A DNA stretch of 64,000 nt from an uncultured virus (IMG/VR IMGVR_UViG_3300032295_003754) (Duplodnaviria > Heunggongvirae > Uroviricota > Caudoviricetes): IMG/VR virus record IMGVR_UViG_3300032295_003754; one strand, written 5' to 3'. Both the position numbers and the translations under genes were made by a program. Below, in pieces: positions 1 to 10,975 of the stretch. Each line of letters begins with the position of its first letter. Position 1 is the first letter of the stretch. The notes under the pieces were generated by a model, which was given only the letters and a program-made list of their open reading frames with translations, searched no databases and was not told where the DNA came from.

Positions 1-31
1 AGAGGTTCCTGCACCAAGTTCAAATATCACT

Positions 32-298
32 TTGGAATCACTCCATGATTACATTGTTGAATACAGTGGCGAGGCAATGTATCTAGATCTTATCGAGAAC
101 TATAATCAAATTCCAGTAAATATTCGTAAACAGTTTGCTAGGTCTTCTTACCTAATTGACGCAAAAATCACCATCACACATGAGACAAAATCCAACTTTG
201 AGTGGATTAGTGGTAAAGTTACGTTCAGGATTATGTTCCAATCTCCTAATAAAAAATTCAAGAGTGGCTTTTTCAAAAAGCTTTTCAATAAAGTTTAA
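32..298 (+). CDS. hypothetical protein (may extend beyond the left edge of the window)
   Basis: ORF track, TTG start; no recognisable motif. Confidence 0.45.
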   Translation: MESLHDYIVEYSGEAMYLDLIENYNQIPVNIRKQFARSSYLIDAKITITHETKSNFEWISGKVTFRIMFQSPNKKFKSGFFKKLFNKV

Positions 299-309
299 TA
301 TATAACCTT

Positions 310-693
310 ATGAGTTTCGATTTGAAAAGATTTTTTATAATAGATGTGAATGATGAAGGTAATGCTTATGGTTTTATGACCAATAACCTCCATAAAGATT
401 TCATTCAAAAGTATGGAATCACCTGGACAGAATCCGATGATGGAGACCCGTTCAGTACTCCATCAATTGATGATATACAAGTTGAAAAGGACAACAGAGT
501 TATTTATATTTTCGATATGAAAAGTGGTCCTATGAGAAAAGACATTGACATTAGGTCAAATATAGGTGATTTCAATTTCTTTACAGAAGATTATCATGAT
601 GATTTAATAGATTTCATCCAAGAAAATTGGAGAGATATCGAATTGGGAATTGATGAATCAGCCTCAGTGAAAAAATTTAAGGACTTCAAATGA
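310..693 (+). CDS. hypothetical late protein, acidic, C-terminal VKKFKDFK motif
   Basis: ORF with AATATATA at 297-304 upstream and hairpin aaggacttca/tgaagtcctt at the stop. Confidence 0.7.
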   Translation: MSFDLKRFFIIDVNDEGNAYGFMTNNLHKDFIQKYGITWTESDDGDPFSTPSIDDIQVEKDNRVIYIFDMKSGPMRKDIDIRSNIGDFNFFTEDYHDDLIDFIQENWRDIELGIDESASVKKFKDFK

Positions 694-707
694 AGTCCTT
701 AACTAAT

Positions 708-869
708 TTACACCTCTTCTTCCTTCTGCTTTTTCCCTTTTTTGTTGAAATCACGAACATTAGTTTTCCATTCGTGTTTCGGACAAAACTGCCATCCCCA
801 TTTTACTTTTTCATCCGCTTCTTTATCCGTTACTCGGACAATGCTTCCGTCTTTCTTTAAAGTTTTCAT
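708..869 (-). CDS. small basic hypothetical protein (53 aa, MKTLKKDGSIVRV...WQFCPKHEWK)
   Basis: Translated by hand; below the ORF-track cutoff; TATATA element upstream. Confidence 0.6.
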   Translation of the reverse strand: MKTLKKDGSIVRVTDKEADEKVKWGWQFCPKHEWKTNVRDFNKKGKKQKEEEV

Positions 870-904
870 ATTCGTTTATATATAATTTGGTTTTTAAGTT
901 TTAA

Positions 905-1159
905 TCAATCCAATAATTTTTTCAATTTGATTTCACGTTCATTTGATATGATATGTTCTCTTACTTTATCATAAGAATTAGTTGAAAACATTTCATTCTT
1001 AATCAAATCTTTAACCACGAAAGTCTGAGATACAGGGTTTATTGTGGTGGTCAAAGCAAAGTGTGGTTTTGGTATTTGGTCATTTGTATACTTAATCCAC
1101 ATATTTTCATCAGTGGCCATAAATCCCAACTCCAAAAATGGCAATTTATTACAAAACAT
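905..1159 (-). CDS. hypothetical protein with C-terminal EREIKLKKLLD tag
   Basis: ORF track; carries the shared C-terminal motif. Confidence 0.7.
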   Translation of the reverse strand: MFCNKLPFLELGFMATDENMWIKYTNDQIPKPHFALTTTINPVSQTFVVKDLIKNEMFSTNSYDKVREHIISNEREIKLKKLLD

Positions 1160-1221
1160 TCTTTATTTCTATTTAAATAAGTATAAATGTTGTTTTTTTG
1201 AAGAATATATACCATAAAAAC

Positions 1222-1371
1222 ATGGCAGCAAAATCTACTAAATCAACATCAACTCTTCTATTTAAGAAAAGAAACAAAAGAAAACTTCGTAGACATACAA
1301 AAACACTAACTTATAATAAGGGTTCCAAAAATTACACTAAGAAATATAAAGGCCAAGGAGGAAGGAGATAA
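1222..1371 (+). CDS. small, very basic protein (49 aa, ...KNYTKKYKGQGGRR)
   Basis: Translated by hand; AATATATA at 1204-1211; terminator directly after the stop. Confidence 0.7.
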   Translation: MAAKSTKSTSTLLFKKRNKRKLRRHTKTLTYNKGSKNYTKKYKGQGGRR

Positions 1372-1403
1372 AAAAAACCCCCACTTTTCAGTGGGGGTTT
1401 TCT
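1371..1403. terminator. bidirectional intrinsic terminator
   Basis: aaaacccccac-ttttca-gtgggggtttt hairpin between convergent genes. Confidence 0.8.
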
Positions 1404-1997
1404 TTATTTAATATCAGATGAATTTAAAAGTGTGTATGAGAAAAAATTACCGTGAATTTTAGAAGATTCTTTACAAATTTTCATAAATTCATTGAAATCA
1501 GCTTCTTTCTTAAATACTTGACATCCTTCTGACCAGTTTTCAACATAAGTTGAATCAGCACCAGCTTTGTGAATGTTGATACCATATACACCTTCTGTAA
1601 TTTTATTAGTGTCATAGGTCATATCTTTATTAGCATCTCTATAAACTTTAACTGGACTAGCTTGTTTCAAAGCTTCATATTTACCTTGGTGAAGTCCAAT
1701 AGTGTGAGACTTTCTATATTGACCAGGAACTAGTCTAGCAACACCCGCAGCATTGTGATATTCCATAACTCCTTTTTTACCAGGATCTGTTGTAGCAGGC
1801 CATTGTTTAAATACCCATTGTCCATTAACTTTATAAGAAACGGTTAACATATCATCGAATAGATTAGTAACTTTGTTTCCAGTAGCAGAGTTTCTAACAC
1901 CTACTATATTAACATCATAACCTTTGTTATTTGCATCTTCAAACCAGGCATAACCTTTTGCCTTAACGGATGCTTCTATTTGTTCTCTTGTATACAT
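1404..1997 (-). CDS. conserved phage protein, putative cell-wall hydrolase / L,D-transpeptidase-like
   Basis: GINIH...WSEGCQVF His/Cys motif; TTDPG; NIVGVR. Confidence 0.55.
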   Translation of the reverse strand: MYTREQIEASVKAKGYAWFEDANNKGYDVNIVGVRNSATGNKVTNLFDDMLTVSYKVNGQWVFKQWPATTDPGKKGVMEYHNAAGVARLVPGQYRKSHTIGLHQGKYEALKQASPVKVYRDANKDMTYDTNKITEGVYGINIHKAGADSTYVENWSEGCQVFKKEADFNEFMKICKESSKIHGNFFSYTLLNSSDIK

Positions 1998-2031
1998 AAA
2001 AACTTTTTATTTTTATATATTACGGAGAAAA

Positions 2032-2298
2032 TCAAAGAAAAATCAGAATTAGAAAAGCATAAAGTGAGATGGTTAACCCGATGACAAAAGACCACTGACC
2101 AAACTTATTCAACTTATATAAAATATCGGATTGGTCTATAGTATAACTATAACTCTGACCCATCACAAAGGCATAAATCCAAGTGAGTGGTACAATTAAC
2201 ATGGAAAATATTGCAAGTGCAAAAAGGAGGTTAAGTGAAAAAACTAATACAAGTGCAAGGACCACTAAACCAAGTCGGAGTATTCTGTTCATAATCAT
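2032..2298 (-). CDS. membrane protein (start probably 2298 rather than 2400)
   Basis: Hydrophobic segments; TATATTTG box just upstream on the minus strand. Confidence 0.6.
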   Translation of the reverse strand: MIMNRILRLGLVVLALVLVFSLNLLFALAIFSMLIVPLTWIYAFVMGQSYSYTIDQSDILYKLNKFGQWSFVIGLTISLYAFLILIFL

Positions 2299-2350
2299 AC
2301 AACAAATATAAGTAAAAACAATACAAATAACAAATAAATTATCCAATTTT

Positions 2351-2563
2351 ATGGATTTTGATAGTGTGAATGAAATAGAAATGTTTATTGAGAATCTCAA
2401 TAATCCAAAAAAACAGATAATCGCAAGAAACTTAATGCTTGACCCGAACTATCAAATCAAATCCTTCACCGTTACAAGGACAAAAGAACTTTTTATAAAA
2501 GATTTGAAAAAAAATCAAATATATAAATTCATTGACCTTGTTAATGGTAAATGCAATTGTTAA
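2351..2563 (+). CDS. hypothetical protein
   Basis: ORF track. Confidence 0.55.
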   Translation: MDFDSVNEIEMFIENLNNPKKQIIARNLMLDPNYQIKSFTVTRTKELFIKDLKKNQIYKFIDLVNGKCNC

Positions 2564-2573
2564 TAAAAAAATA

Positions 2574-3116
2574 ATGATACGTAATCTGAAAAAACAAACA
2601 AACCAAAGAAAACACAAAATTAATAGTGAGGTTAGATTCCCACAAGTCAGACTTGTAGGAGCAGACGAACCAAAAATAATGAGCTCATATGAAGCCTCTA
2701 AACTAGCAGAATCATTAGGTAAAGATTTGATTCTGATTAACGAATCACAAAACCCACCAATTGTAAGGATTGAAGATTATAATAAGTTTATTTATGACCA
2801 AGAGAAAGCTGCAAAACTCAAACAGAAGAATGCAGTAAAGTCCGAAATAAAGGAAATTCAATTGAGTCCAGAGATTGCAATAAATGATTTACAAACAAAA
2901 TCAAGGAAAGCAAAAGAGTTTCTCGAAGAAGGAAACAAAGTTAGATGTGTCCTTCCGATGAAAGGCAGACAAAAACAAATGCCTGAACGTGGTGAGAATG
3001 TACTTTATAAGTTCTTTGCAATGCTTGAAGATATTTCAATAATTGAAGAAGGTCCGAAATGGGATGGTGGTAAATGGCATATGTCCCTAAAACAAAAAAC
3101 AGTTAAAAAAACTTAA
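2574..3116 (+). CDS. infC: translation initiation factor IF-3
   Basis: INSEVRFPQVRLVG, PPIVRIEDYNKFIY, KEIQLS..IAINDLQTK, FLEEGNKV, GRQ; likely ATG at 2574. Confidence 0.93.
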   Translation: MIRNLKKQTNQRKHKINSEVRFPQVRLVGADEPKIMSSYEASKLAESLGKDLILINESQNPPIVRIEDYNKFIYDQEKAAKLKQKNAVKSEIKEIQLSPEIAINDLQTKSRKAKEFLEEGNKVRCVLPMKGRQKQMPERGENVLYKFFAMLEDISIIEEGPKWDGGKWHMSLKQKTVKKT

Positions 3117-3165
3117 CTAAAATTTCTCATATAACAAAGAGAAAAAAAAATCATAAAAACATTTT

Positions 3166-3654
3166 ATGAAAATATTAATTACACCAGAAGATTTGGTAAA
3201 GCGCTGCCTTTGGGACCATTATACATTTTATATAATTGGTTCGGAAAAAGAAGCTGAAAAATTACTCAAAGAAAATCAAGAGTTCGAACTTTCCGAAAGA
3301 GATGGAATCGTTATAGGGCTGTTGAAAGTTATGGAAACCGATAATCTAATTCACAGATTCAACGACTATCTAATTCATTTTATTTCAGTAAGGTCAATAA
3401 AAGATAAAGATAATTTTTTAATAAAGAAAAAATCTTTGGAAACAACTATCAATAAGTTTTTGGATAAATTCCCAGATTATTGGACACCGCCTATCATTTA
3501 TAGTAATGCACTAAAAGATTTAGTGGTCTATATCGATGAACTTATGAAGAACTTGGAAAATCTAGACATCATCAAACTAACAGTACAAAATGTAAGTTAT
3601 GATTTTTATAATGCAAATAACGTAAAAAAACTTTTAAACTTTAATAATTATTAA
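3166..3654 (+). CDS. hypothetical protein
   Basis: ORF track. Confidence 0.7.
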   Translation: MKILITPEDLVKRCLWDHYTFYIIGSEKEAEKLLKENQEFELSERDGIVIGLLKVMETDNLIHRFNDYLIHFISVRSIKDKDNFLIKKKSLETTINKFLDKFPDYWTPPIIYSNALKDLVVYIDELMKNLENLDIIKLTVQNVSYDFYNANNVKKLLNFNNY

Positions 3655-3658
3655 TTCT

Positions 3659-5369
<1,711 letters not shown>

Positions 5370-6176
5370 TTATTTAGTTAATAAACTATAAAACTCTTTA
5401 AAGTGTTTTAATCTATCATCAAATCCATTAGTACCACCATTTACCCTTTTGGTTACAGCTAAAACTGTTTCAGTGTCAGCACCTTTATCACAAATAGACC
5501 AAAGTTTATTTGAATCGAAAAAGAAAGCTGCAGAAGCAAGAGGGTATTTGGTTGCTACTAAATCAGGATTACCAACACAATCCTCACCTATAAATTTACT
5601 GAAAGAATCATAGTTTGATTTACCAGTCAGTTGAATATAACCACGTCCTCTAAACTTATAACCTTCTTTGGAAGCTTCATCTCCATTCCCCATCCTATTT
5701 GCATAAACTCTAGCACCGATTCTTTCAGGATTTTTTGCATAATCTTGAGAGGATTCAAGTGGGAATAATCTAGGAAAAACCTTCTTCAAACCCTCAGCTG
5801 AGTAGTTTAAGTTCTCAGTTACTGCTTTGAAATTTCCACTTTCATGTGCACATTGTGAAAGAAAATGAGCAAGTCTCAAAGGATTTGTTATGTTAAACTT
5901 TTGTGCCGTATCGGGAATCTGTTGAATAACCTCTTTTGGTAAATGACCTGAGAGTTTATCCAATTTGAATTTTGTTGATTCAACTACAACTGGTTTTCCA
6001 AATAACTTTTCCCAAGATGCATCTCCGATAATACCATCGGATTTCAAACCAACACTTGCCTGCCATTCTTTCACCTTTGATTCGGTTGCTGGACCGAATG
6101 AACCATCTGCTTTTAGACCTAGTTTTTCTTGTAATCTTTTTACATCATCTCCGGTCGAACCATTTTTTAACATCAT
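5370..6176 (-). CDS. endolysin: PG-binding domain + glycoside hydrolase family 19
   Basis: LKNGSTGDDVKRLQ..DGSFG; FLSQCAHESG; FRGRGYIQLTGK; RVNGG. Confidence 0.9.
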   Translation of the reverse strand: MMLKNGSTGDDVKRLQEKLGLKADGSFGPATESKVKEWQASVGLKSDGIIGDASWEKLFGKPVVVESTKFKLDKLSGHLPKEVIQQIPDTAQKFNITNPLRLAHFLSQCAHESGNFKAVTENLNYSAEGLKKVFPRLFPLESSQDYAKNPERIGARVYANRMGNGDEASKEGYKFRGRGYIQLTGKSNYDSFSKFIGEDCVGNPDLVATKYPLASAAFFFDSNKLWSICDKGADTETVLAVTKRVNGGTNGFDDRLKHFKEFYSLLTK

Positions 6177-6193
6177 AACTCTTAAAATTTTTT

Positions 6194-6547
6194 TTATATA
6201 GGAGCCCGAGTAACCGTGACCTTTCTGAATTTATTACCTTCTTCGGCAATTTTCTTTTCTAAACTCAACCACGACTCTTGGACTATTCTATCTATTGTAG
6301 AACCATTTCCCTCAAACCACATAGAAGAATCTTTTGTGTCTGGCATCTCCTTAACCTTTTTATAGTTTAAGAAAAATAATTTACCAGTAGACTTTTCTTG
6401 ACGGTATTCCAAAAAACTAACCATGTCCTTTGTTTCCAAACCAAGTTTGTGACCCTTATATAATATAGTATCATCAGTGGTAATATTATCATCAAGGTAA
6501 ACTCTCCACTCATTTCTATGGTCTTGTTTGGTAACATAATATTCCAT
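6194..6547 (-). CDS. hypothetical late protein
   Basis: ORF track; AATATATA upstream (6574-6581, minus strand). Confidence 0.7.
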   Translation of the reverse strand: MEYYVTKQDHRNEWRVYLDDNITTDDTILYKGHKLGLETKDMVSFLEYRQEKSTGKLFFLNYKKVKEMPDTKDSSMWFEGNGSTIDRIVQESWLSLEKKIAEEGNKFRKVTVTRAPI

Positions 6548-6600
6548 ATTTTAGAACAATTTACAATTTTATTTATATATTTATAAAAAAGCGCTTAGCT

Positions 6601-7641
6601 ATGTCCGATTATTACAATATTTTAGGGGTTGATAGAAACGCATCTCAAGACGATATCAAAAAAGCTTATAGAAAAAAAGCATTAGAACATCACCCAGACA
6701 GAGGTGGTGATGAGGTAAAATTCAAACAAGCCGCAGAAGCTTATGAAACACTTTCTGACGATTCAAAAAGAAGAGAGTATGATACCTTTGGTAAATCCGG
6801 CCGAAATGCTGGTTCATCACAAGGATTCAATATGAATGATATATTCTCTCAGTTTGGTGATATATTTGGTGGCGCATTCGGTGGTGCATTCACAAACCAA
6901 AGACAAAGAAGAGGAAATGATTTAAGAGTAAAACTTTCACTCAGTTTAGAGGAAATCATAACAGGAGTAACAAAAAAAGTAAAATATAGAAGACAATCAA
7001 CTTGTAGCCCTTGTGGTGGAAGAGGTGGTACAGACGTAAGACCCTGTCAAACCTGTGGTGGAGCTGGAGTGAGAACCGTAACCCAACATACTCCGTTCGG
7101 TACTATATCGCAAACTATACCTTGTAATCATTGTGGCGGTGCTGGTAAGTTCGTACATAATAGATGTGGTTCTTGTCAAGGAAATGGTACCGTACTCAAG
7201 GATGAAACAGTTGATATTGCTGTACCAAAAGGTGTTTCAGATGGTATTAACCTTAATATGAGGGGATATGGAAACTATGTAAAAGATGGTGAACCAGGTG
7301 ATTTACACGTAGTTGTTGAAGAAATACCACATGAAAGATATAAAAGAGATGGGAATAATCTATTCTGTGATAACTGGATTGAAATACCAGAAGCAGTATT
7401 AGGAACGGTATTAACAGTAAATACACCATATGGAGAATCAAGATTGGAAATCTTTAGTGGTTGTGAAAGTGGAAAAGTATTTACGATACCTGGTAGGGGA
7501 ACACCAAACATCACACCTATGGGAAATACTGAACCTGCTGGTAGTTTATTTGTAAAAGTAAATGTTAGGATTCCAAAATCACCCACCGAAAAGGAAAAGC
7601 TTCTTTATATTGACCTTTTAAAAGAATTGAAAAATAAATAA
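6601..7641 (+). CDS. dnaJ: chaperone DnaJ
   Basis: HPD J-domain, G/F-rich region, four CxxCxGxG repeats. Confidence 0.96.
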   Translation: MSDYYNILGVDRNASQDDIKKAYRKKALEHHPDRGGDEVKFKQAAEAYETLSDDSKRREYDTFGKSGRNAGSSQGFNMNDIFSQFGDIFGGAFGGAFTNQRQRRGNDLRVKLSLSLEEIITGVTKKVKYRRQSTCSPCGGRGGTDVRPCQTCGGAGVRTVTQHTPFGTISQTIPCNHCGGAGKFVHNRCGSCQGNGTVLKDETVDIAVPKGVSDGINLNMRGYGNYVKDGEPGDLHVVVEEIPHERYKRDGNNLFCDNWIEIPEAVLGTVLTVNTPYGESRLEIFSGCESGKVFTIPGRGTPNITPMGNTEPAGSLFVKVNVRIPKSPTEKEKLLYIDLLKELKNK

Positions 7642-7696
7642 AACTTTTTAACTGTTTTTAATATTACTATTCGTTACATTTAAATAAATAATAATA

Positions 7697-8002
7697 ATGA
7701 AATATGAATTGAAAATTGAATACAAAGACAACAATCAGTTGAAATCATGTATTGAAAAGTCCTATTTTGAACTTGGAACACGCGGGAAACTTGTAGGAAA
7801 ACAAGCATTTATTACAATCGATAAAGAAGACCCACTCTTTATAGTTTTTCGTGGACTAAACAACATCACCACAAAAATCACTAATGAAGAAATGATTGAA
7901 GGTACAATGCGTTGTGTGGTTGATGAAACTCCAGAGTTGATTTCTCTTTATCCAATCAATAACTATTGCATTCAGGAAAACGAAAAGTATTCTTTTTATT
8001 AA
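7697..8002 (+). CDS. hypothetical protein
   Basis: ORF track. Confidence 0.6.
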   Translation: MKYELKIEYKDNNQLKSCIEKSYFELGTRGKLVGKQAFITIDKEDPLFIVFRGLNNITTKITNEEMIEGTMRCVVDETPELISLYPINNYCIQENEKYSFY

Positions 8003-8008
8003 TCTATT

Positions 8009-8947
8009 ATGAAATTTGATTTTGATAATATAAACCTTATCCCCAAAAAGTGCATTGTCGGCTCTAGGTCAGAGTGTGATACAAGCGTAACCTTGGGAAA
8101 CTGGACTTTCAAACTACCAGTTGTACCAGCAAATATGGAATGTGTTATTAACCAAGATTTGGCAATAAAACTTGCCGAATCTGGTTATTTCTACATACTA
8201 CATCGATTCGAAATCGATAACGTGGAATTTGTAAAGATGATGGGAGAAAAAGGCTTGGTATCATCAATATCAATTGGTGTAAATCAAGATTCTTATGAAC
8301 TCATCGATAGTCTTGTAGGAAATAACTTAGTTCCTGACTTTATTACTATTGACATCGCCCACGGACATTCAATAAAGATGGAGAAAATGTTAAAGTATGT
8401 AAAATCAAAACTACCATCTACATTTGTTATCGCCGGAAATATTTCATCAGTACAAGCTGTAACTGAACTAACTGATTGGGGAGCGGACGCACTCAAAGTT
8501 GGAATTGGACCAGGGAGTGCCTGTACTACATATCCAGCAACCGGTTTTGGAAGCAGAAACTGTCAAGCTTCAGTTATAAATGAATGTGCCCAAGTTTCGG
8601 ATATTCCTATCATTGCAGATGGTGGAATCAAAACACCGGGAGACATAGCAAAATCAATTGTACTTGGAGCAACTATGGTTATGGTTGGTGGTATGATGGC
8701 TGGATATAAAGACTCACCAGGTAGTGTTGTAGAGATAAATGGTAAATCATTCAAAGAGTTTTGGGGGAGTGCATCAGTTCACCAATCGGGTAAATCTTCA
8801 AGAATCGAGGGAAAAAAGAATCTTCTAGATTATAAAGATAAAACTTTATTGGAAGAACTTGACTATCTGACTGAGTGTCTACAAAGTAGTATCTCTTATG
8901 GGGGTGGGAATAAAATATCCGATTTGGATAATGTTAATTGGTTCTAA
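8009..8947 (+). CDS. guaC: GMP reductase (short GuaC type)
   Basis: PVVPANM, IDIAHGHS, KVGIGPGSACTT, IADGGI; no CBS domains. Confidence 0.9.
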   Translation: MKFDFDNINLIPKKCIVGSRSECDTSVTLGNWTFKLPVVPANMECVINQDLAIKLAESGYFYILHRFEIDNVEFVKMMGEKGLVSSISIGVNQDSYELIDSLVGNNLVPDFITIDIAHGHSIKMEKMLKYVKSKLPSTFVIAGNISSVQAVTELTDWGADALKVGIGPGSACTTYPATGFGSRNCQASVINECAQVSDIPIIADGGIKTPGDIAKSIVLGATMVMVGGMMAGYKDSPGSVVEINGKSFKEFWGSASVHQSGKSSRIEGKKNLLDYKDKTLLEELDYLTECLQSSISYGGGNKISDLDNVNWF

Positions 8948-9129
8948 GATTTGATTTGAGTTTCATAACTCTCATTGAACTCTTTGAAACTTTGAATTTT
9001 TGATTCTTTCAACTGAACCCATTCTGGTTTCCAAATCCATTTCCATTTTTTGGGAGTGGATTTTTTCTTTCCATACTCCCTTCTTTTGGCCCAAATAAAT
9101 CTTCTTTGTTTTTCCGATGTTGCAGGCAT
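8944..9129 (-). CDS. small basic phage protein (MPATSEKQRRF...)
   Basis: ORF track; downstream of the neck gene. Confidence 0.6.
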   Translation of the reverse strand: MPATSEKQRRFIWAKRREYGKKKSTPKKWKWIWKPEWVQLKESKIQSFKEFNESYETQIKS

Positions 9130-9137
9130 GATACTTA

Positions 9138-9896
9138 TTATCTTTTTACAAGGAAAAAGAACGCTGAGTTGCTTTGACCTTTGATTTCCTCCTCAACCTC
9201 CTTCATTTCTTCTTTACCTTGACTAACCATATCAGCTGAGTTATATTTCACACCCCCTGGTAAACTAAAATCGAATGTGCCAAGTAATCTTCCTTGTTGC
9301 ATTTTAGCCCAAGCAGTTACATACTTAGTAAAGTAAGTATCGGAAAACATATTTTCAGCTGGTATATTTACATAAGCTTCCAAAATTAAATGATAATTAA
9401 CTTTGGTTAAGATATTTAACCTATGCGTTAACTGATTGAAATGATACTTTGTTGTGTATAAATTCATTTGATTCAACATATCCGCCATATTATCAATGAG
9501 TGTCTTATACATACCAAGTTCACCGATAGTAGTAACATATGATGATAGATAAGGTTGATTTGTAACACCAAGATTTACAGATAAGTTCGGCACATTTAAA
9601 CCAAGTTGTAAGAGTTGAGCGTTTTGTAATTGGAAAATCCAAGTCACGGACTGTATTTCACAAGGTAGTTCAACATATTTATAGTTTGTATAAAACTCAG
9701 TTTGAAAATAATCTTTATTTACAAAGTAATACATTTTTGAAACCGCATATTGATAGTTCTGATAAAACCATGGCAGAGCTCTTGTCTCAATAAACTGTCT
9801 TATTGAATGGTCTGGTAGGTTTTTTGGAAGTGCCCCACCGACTGTTACATCAGTTTGAACGAAATCTATAAATTCTTCTATTGAATATGCACTCAT
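9138..9896 (-). CDS. head-tail neck protein, T4 gp13-like
   Basis: KYVTAWAKMQQGRLLGTF..LPGGVKYN..GKEEMKEVEEEI C-terminal pattern; late-promoter motif upstream. Confidence 0.72.
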   Translation of the reverse strand: MSAYSIEEFIDFVQTDVTVGGALPKNLPDHSIRQFIETRALPWFYQNYQYAVSKMYYFVNKDYFQTEFYTNYKYVELPCEIQSVTWIFQLQNAQLLQLGLNVPNLSVNLGVTNQPYLSSYVTTIGELGMYKTLIDNMADMLNQMNLYTTKYHFNQLTHRLNILTKVNYHLILEAYVNIPAENMFSDTYFTKYVTAWAKMQQGRLLGTFDFSLPGGVKYNSADMVSQGKEEMKEVEEEIKGQSNSAFFFLVKR

Positions 9897-10009
9897 AATT
9901 TAAAAACTTTCTTTATATATTATTTTTCGGATGTATAAAAAAAAGTCGAATAAAATTCTGGCAAACATTTGAATAAAAAATAAATACAAGTAAAACAATC
10001 AAAAAAATC

Positions 10010-10975
10010 ATGACAATGCAAGAACCAATTCTAACACCAAATCCAAATAGGTATGTAATATTCCCAATCAAACACGATGATATATGGCAATCATATAAAA
10101 CATCAGAGCACCTTTTTTGGACTGCGGAAGAAATCGACTTGTCGCAAGACCTAACCGATTGGAATACCAAACTAAATGATGATGAACGTCACTATCTAAA
10201 AATGGTTCTTGCTTTCTTTGCTGCTTCTGATGGTATTGTAAATCAAAACTTAGCTCAGAACTTTGTCAATGAGGTTCAATACCCTGAAGCTATGTTCTAT
10301 TATGGTTTTCAGATAATGATGGAAAACATTCACTCCGAGACGTATTCTCTTCTTATTGATACTTATATCAAAGATTCGGAAGAAAGGGATAGGTTATTTA
10401 ATGCCATTCAACAAATCCCATCGATTATGAAGAAAGCTAAATGGGCAATCAAGTGGATTGATTCAGATAATTTTGTTGAGAGGTTGGTTGCGTTTGCTGC
10501 GGTTGAGGGAATCTTTTTCTCTGGTAGTTTTTGTTCGATTTTTTGGCTTAAGAAAAGAGGTTTGATGCCAGGTCTCGCCTTCTCAAATGAGTTGATTTCT
10601 AGAGATGAAGGAATGCACTGTAAGTTTGCTACACTTTTATATAATAATCACATTGTAAATAAACTAAGTGAATCTAGAATTAAGGAAATCATCTGTGAAG
10701 CTGTTGAAATTGAAAAGGAGTTTGTTAGTGAATCTTTACCAGTTTCATTGATTGGTATGAATGCCAAACTTATGAAAGAGTATATTGAGTTTGTTGCGGA
10801 CTTTTGGTTAGTTGAACTCGGATGTAGTAAACACTATAATACACCAAACCCATTTGATTTTATGGATATGTTAAGTCTACAAGGTAAAACAAACTTTTTT
10901 GAAAAGCGTGTTGGTGAGTATAAAAAAGCTACCGATAGAGAGTTTGATTGGAACGAAATTGATACGGATTTTTAA
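10010..10975 (+). CDS. nrdB: ribonucleotide reductase class Ia small subunit
   Basis: [50 protein letters not shown]. Confidence 0.96.
   Translation: MTMQEPILTPNPNRYVIFPIKHDDIWQSYKTSEHLFWTAEEIDLSQDLTDWNTKLNDDERHYLKMVLAFFAASDGIVNQNLAQNFVNEVQYPEAMFYYGFQIMMENIHSETYSLLIDTYIKDSEERDRLFNAIQQIPSIMKKAKWAIKWIDSDNFVERLVAFAAVEGIFFSGSFCSIFWLKKRGLMPGLAFSNELISRDEGMHCKFATLLYNNHIVNKLSESRIKEIICEAVEIEKEFVSESLPVSLIGMNAKLMKEYIEFVADFWLVELGCSKHYNTPNPFDFMDMLSLQGKTNFFEKRVGEYKKATDREFDWNEIDTDF

Noticed and set aside
10010..10975. Intron or intein in nrdB
   Set aside because: The ORF is continuous and of normal length
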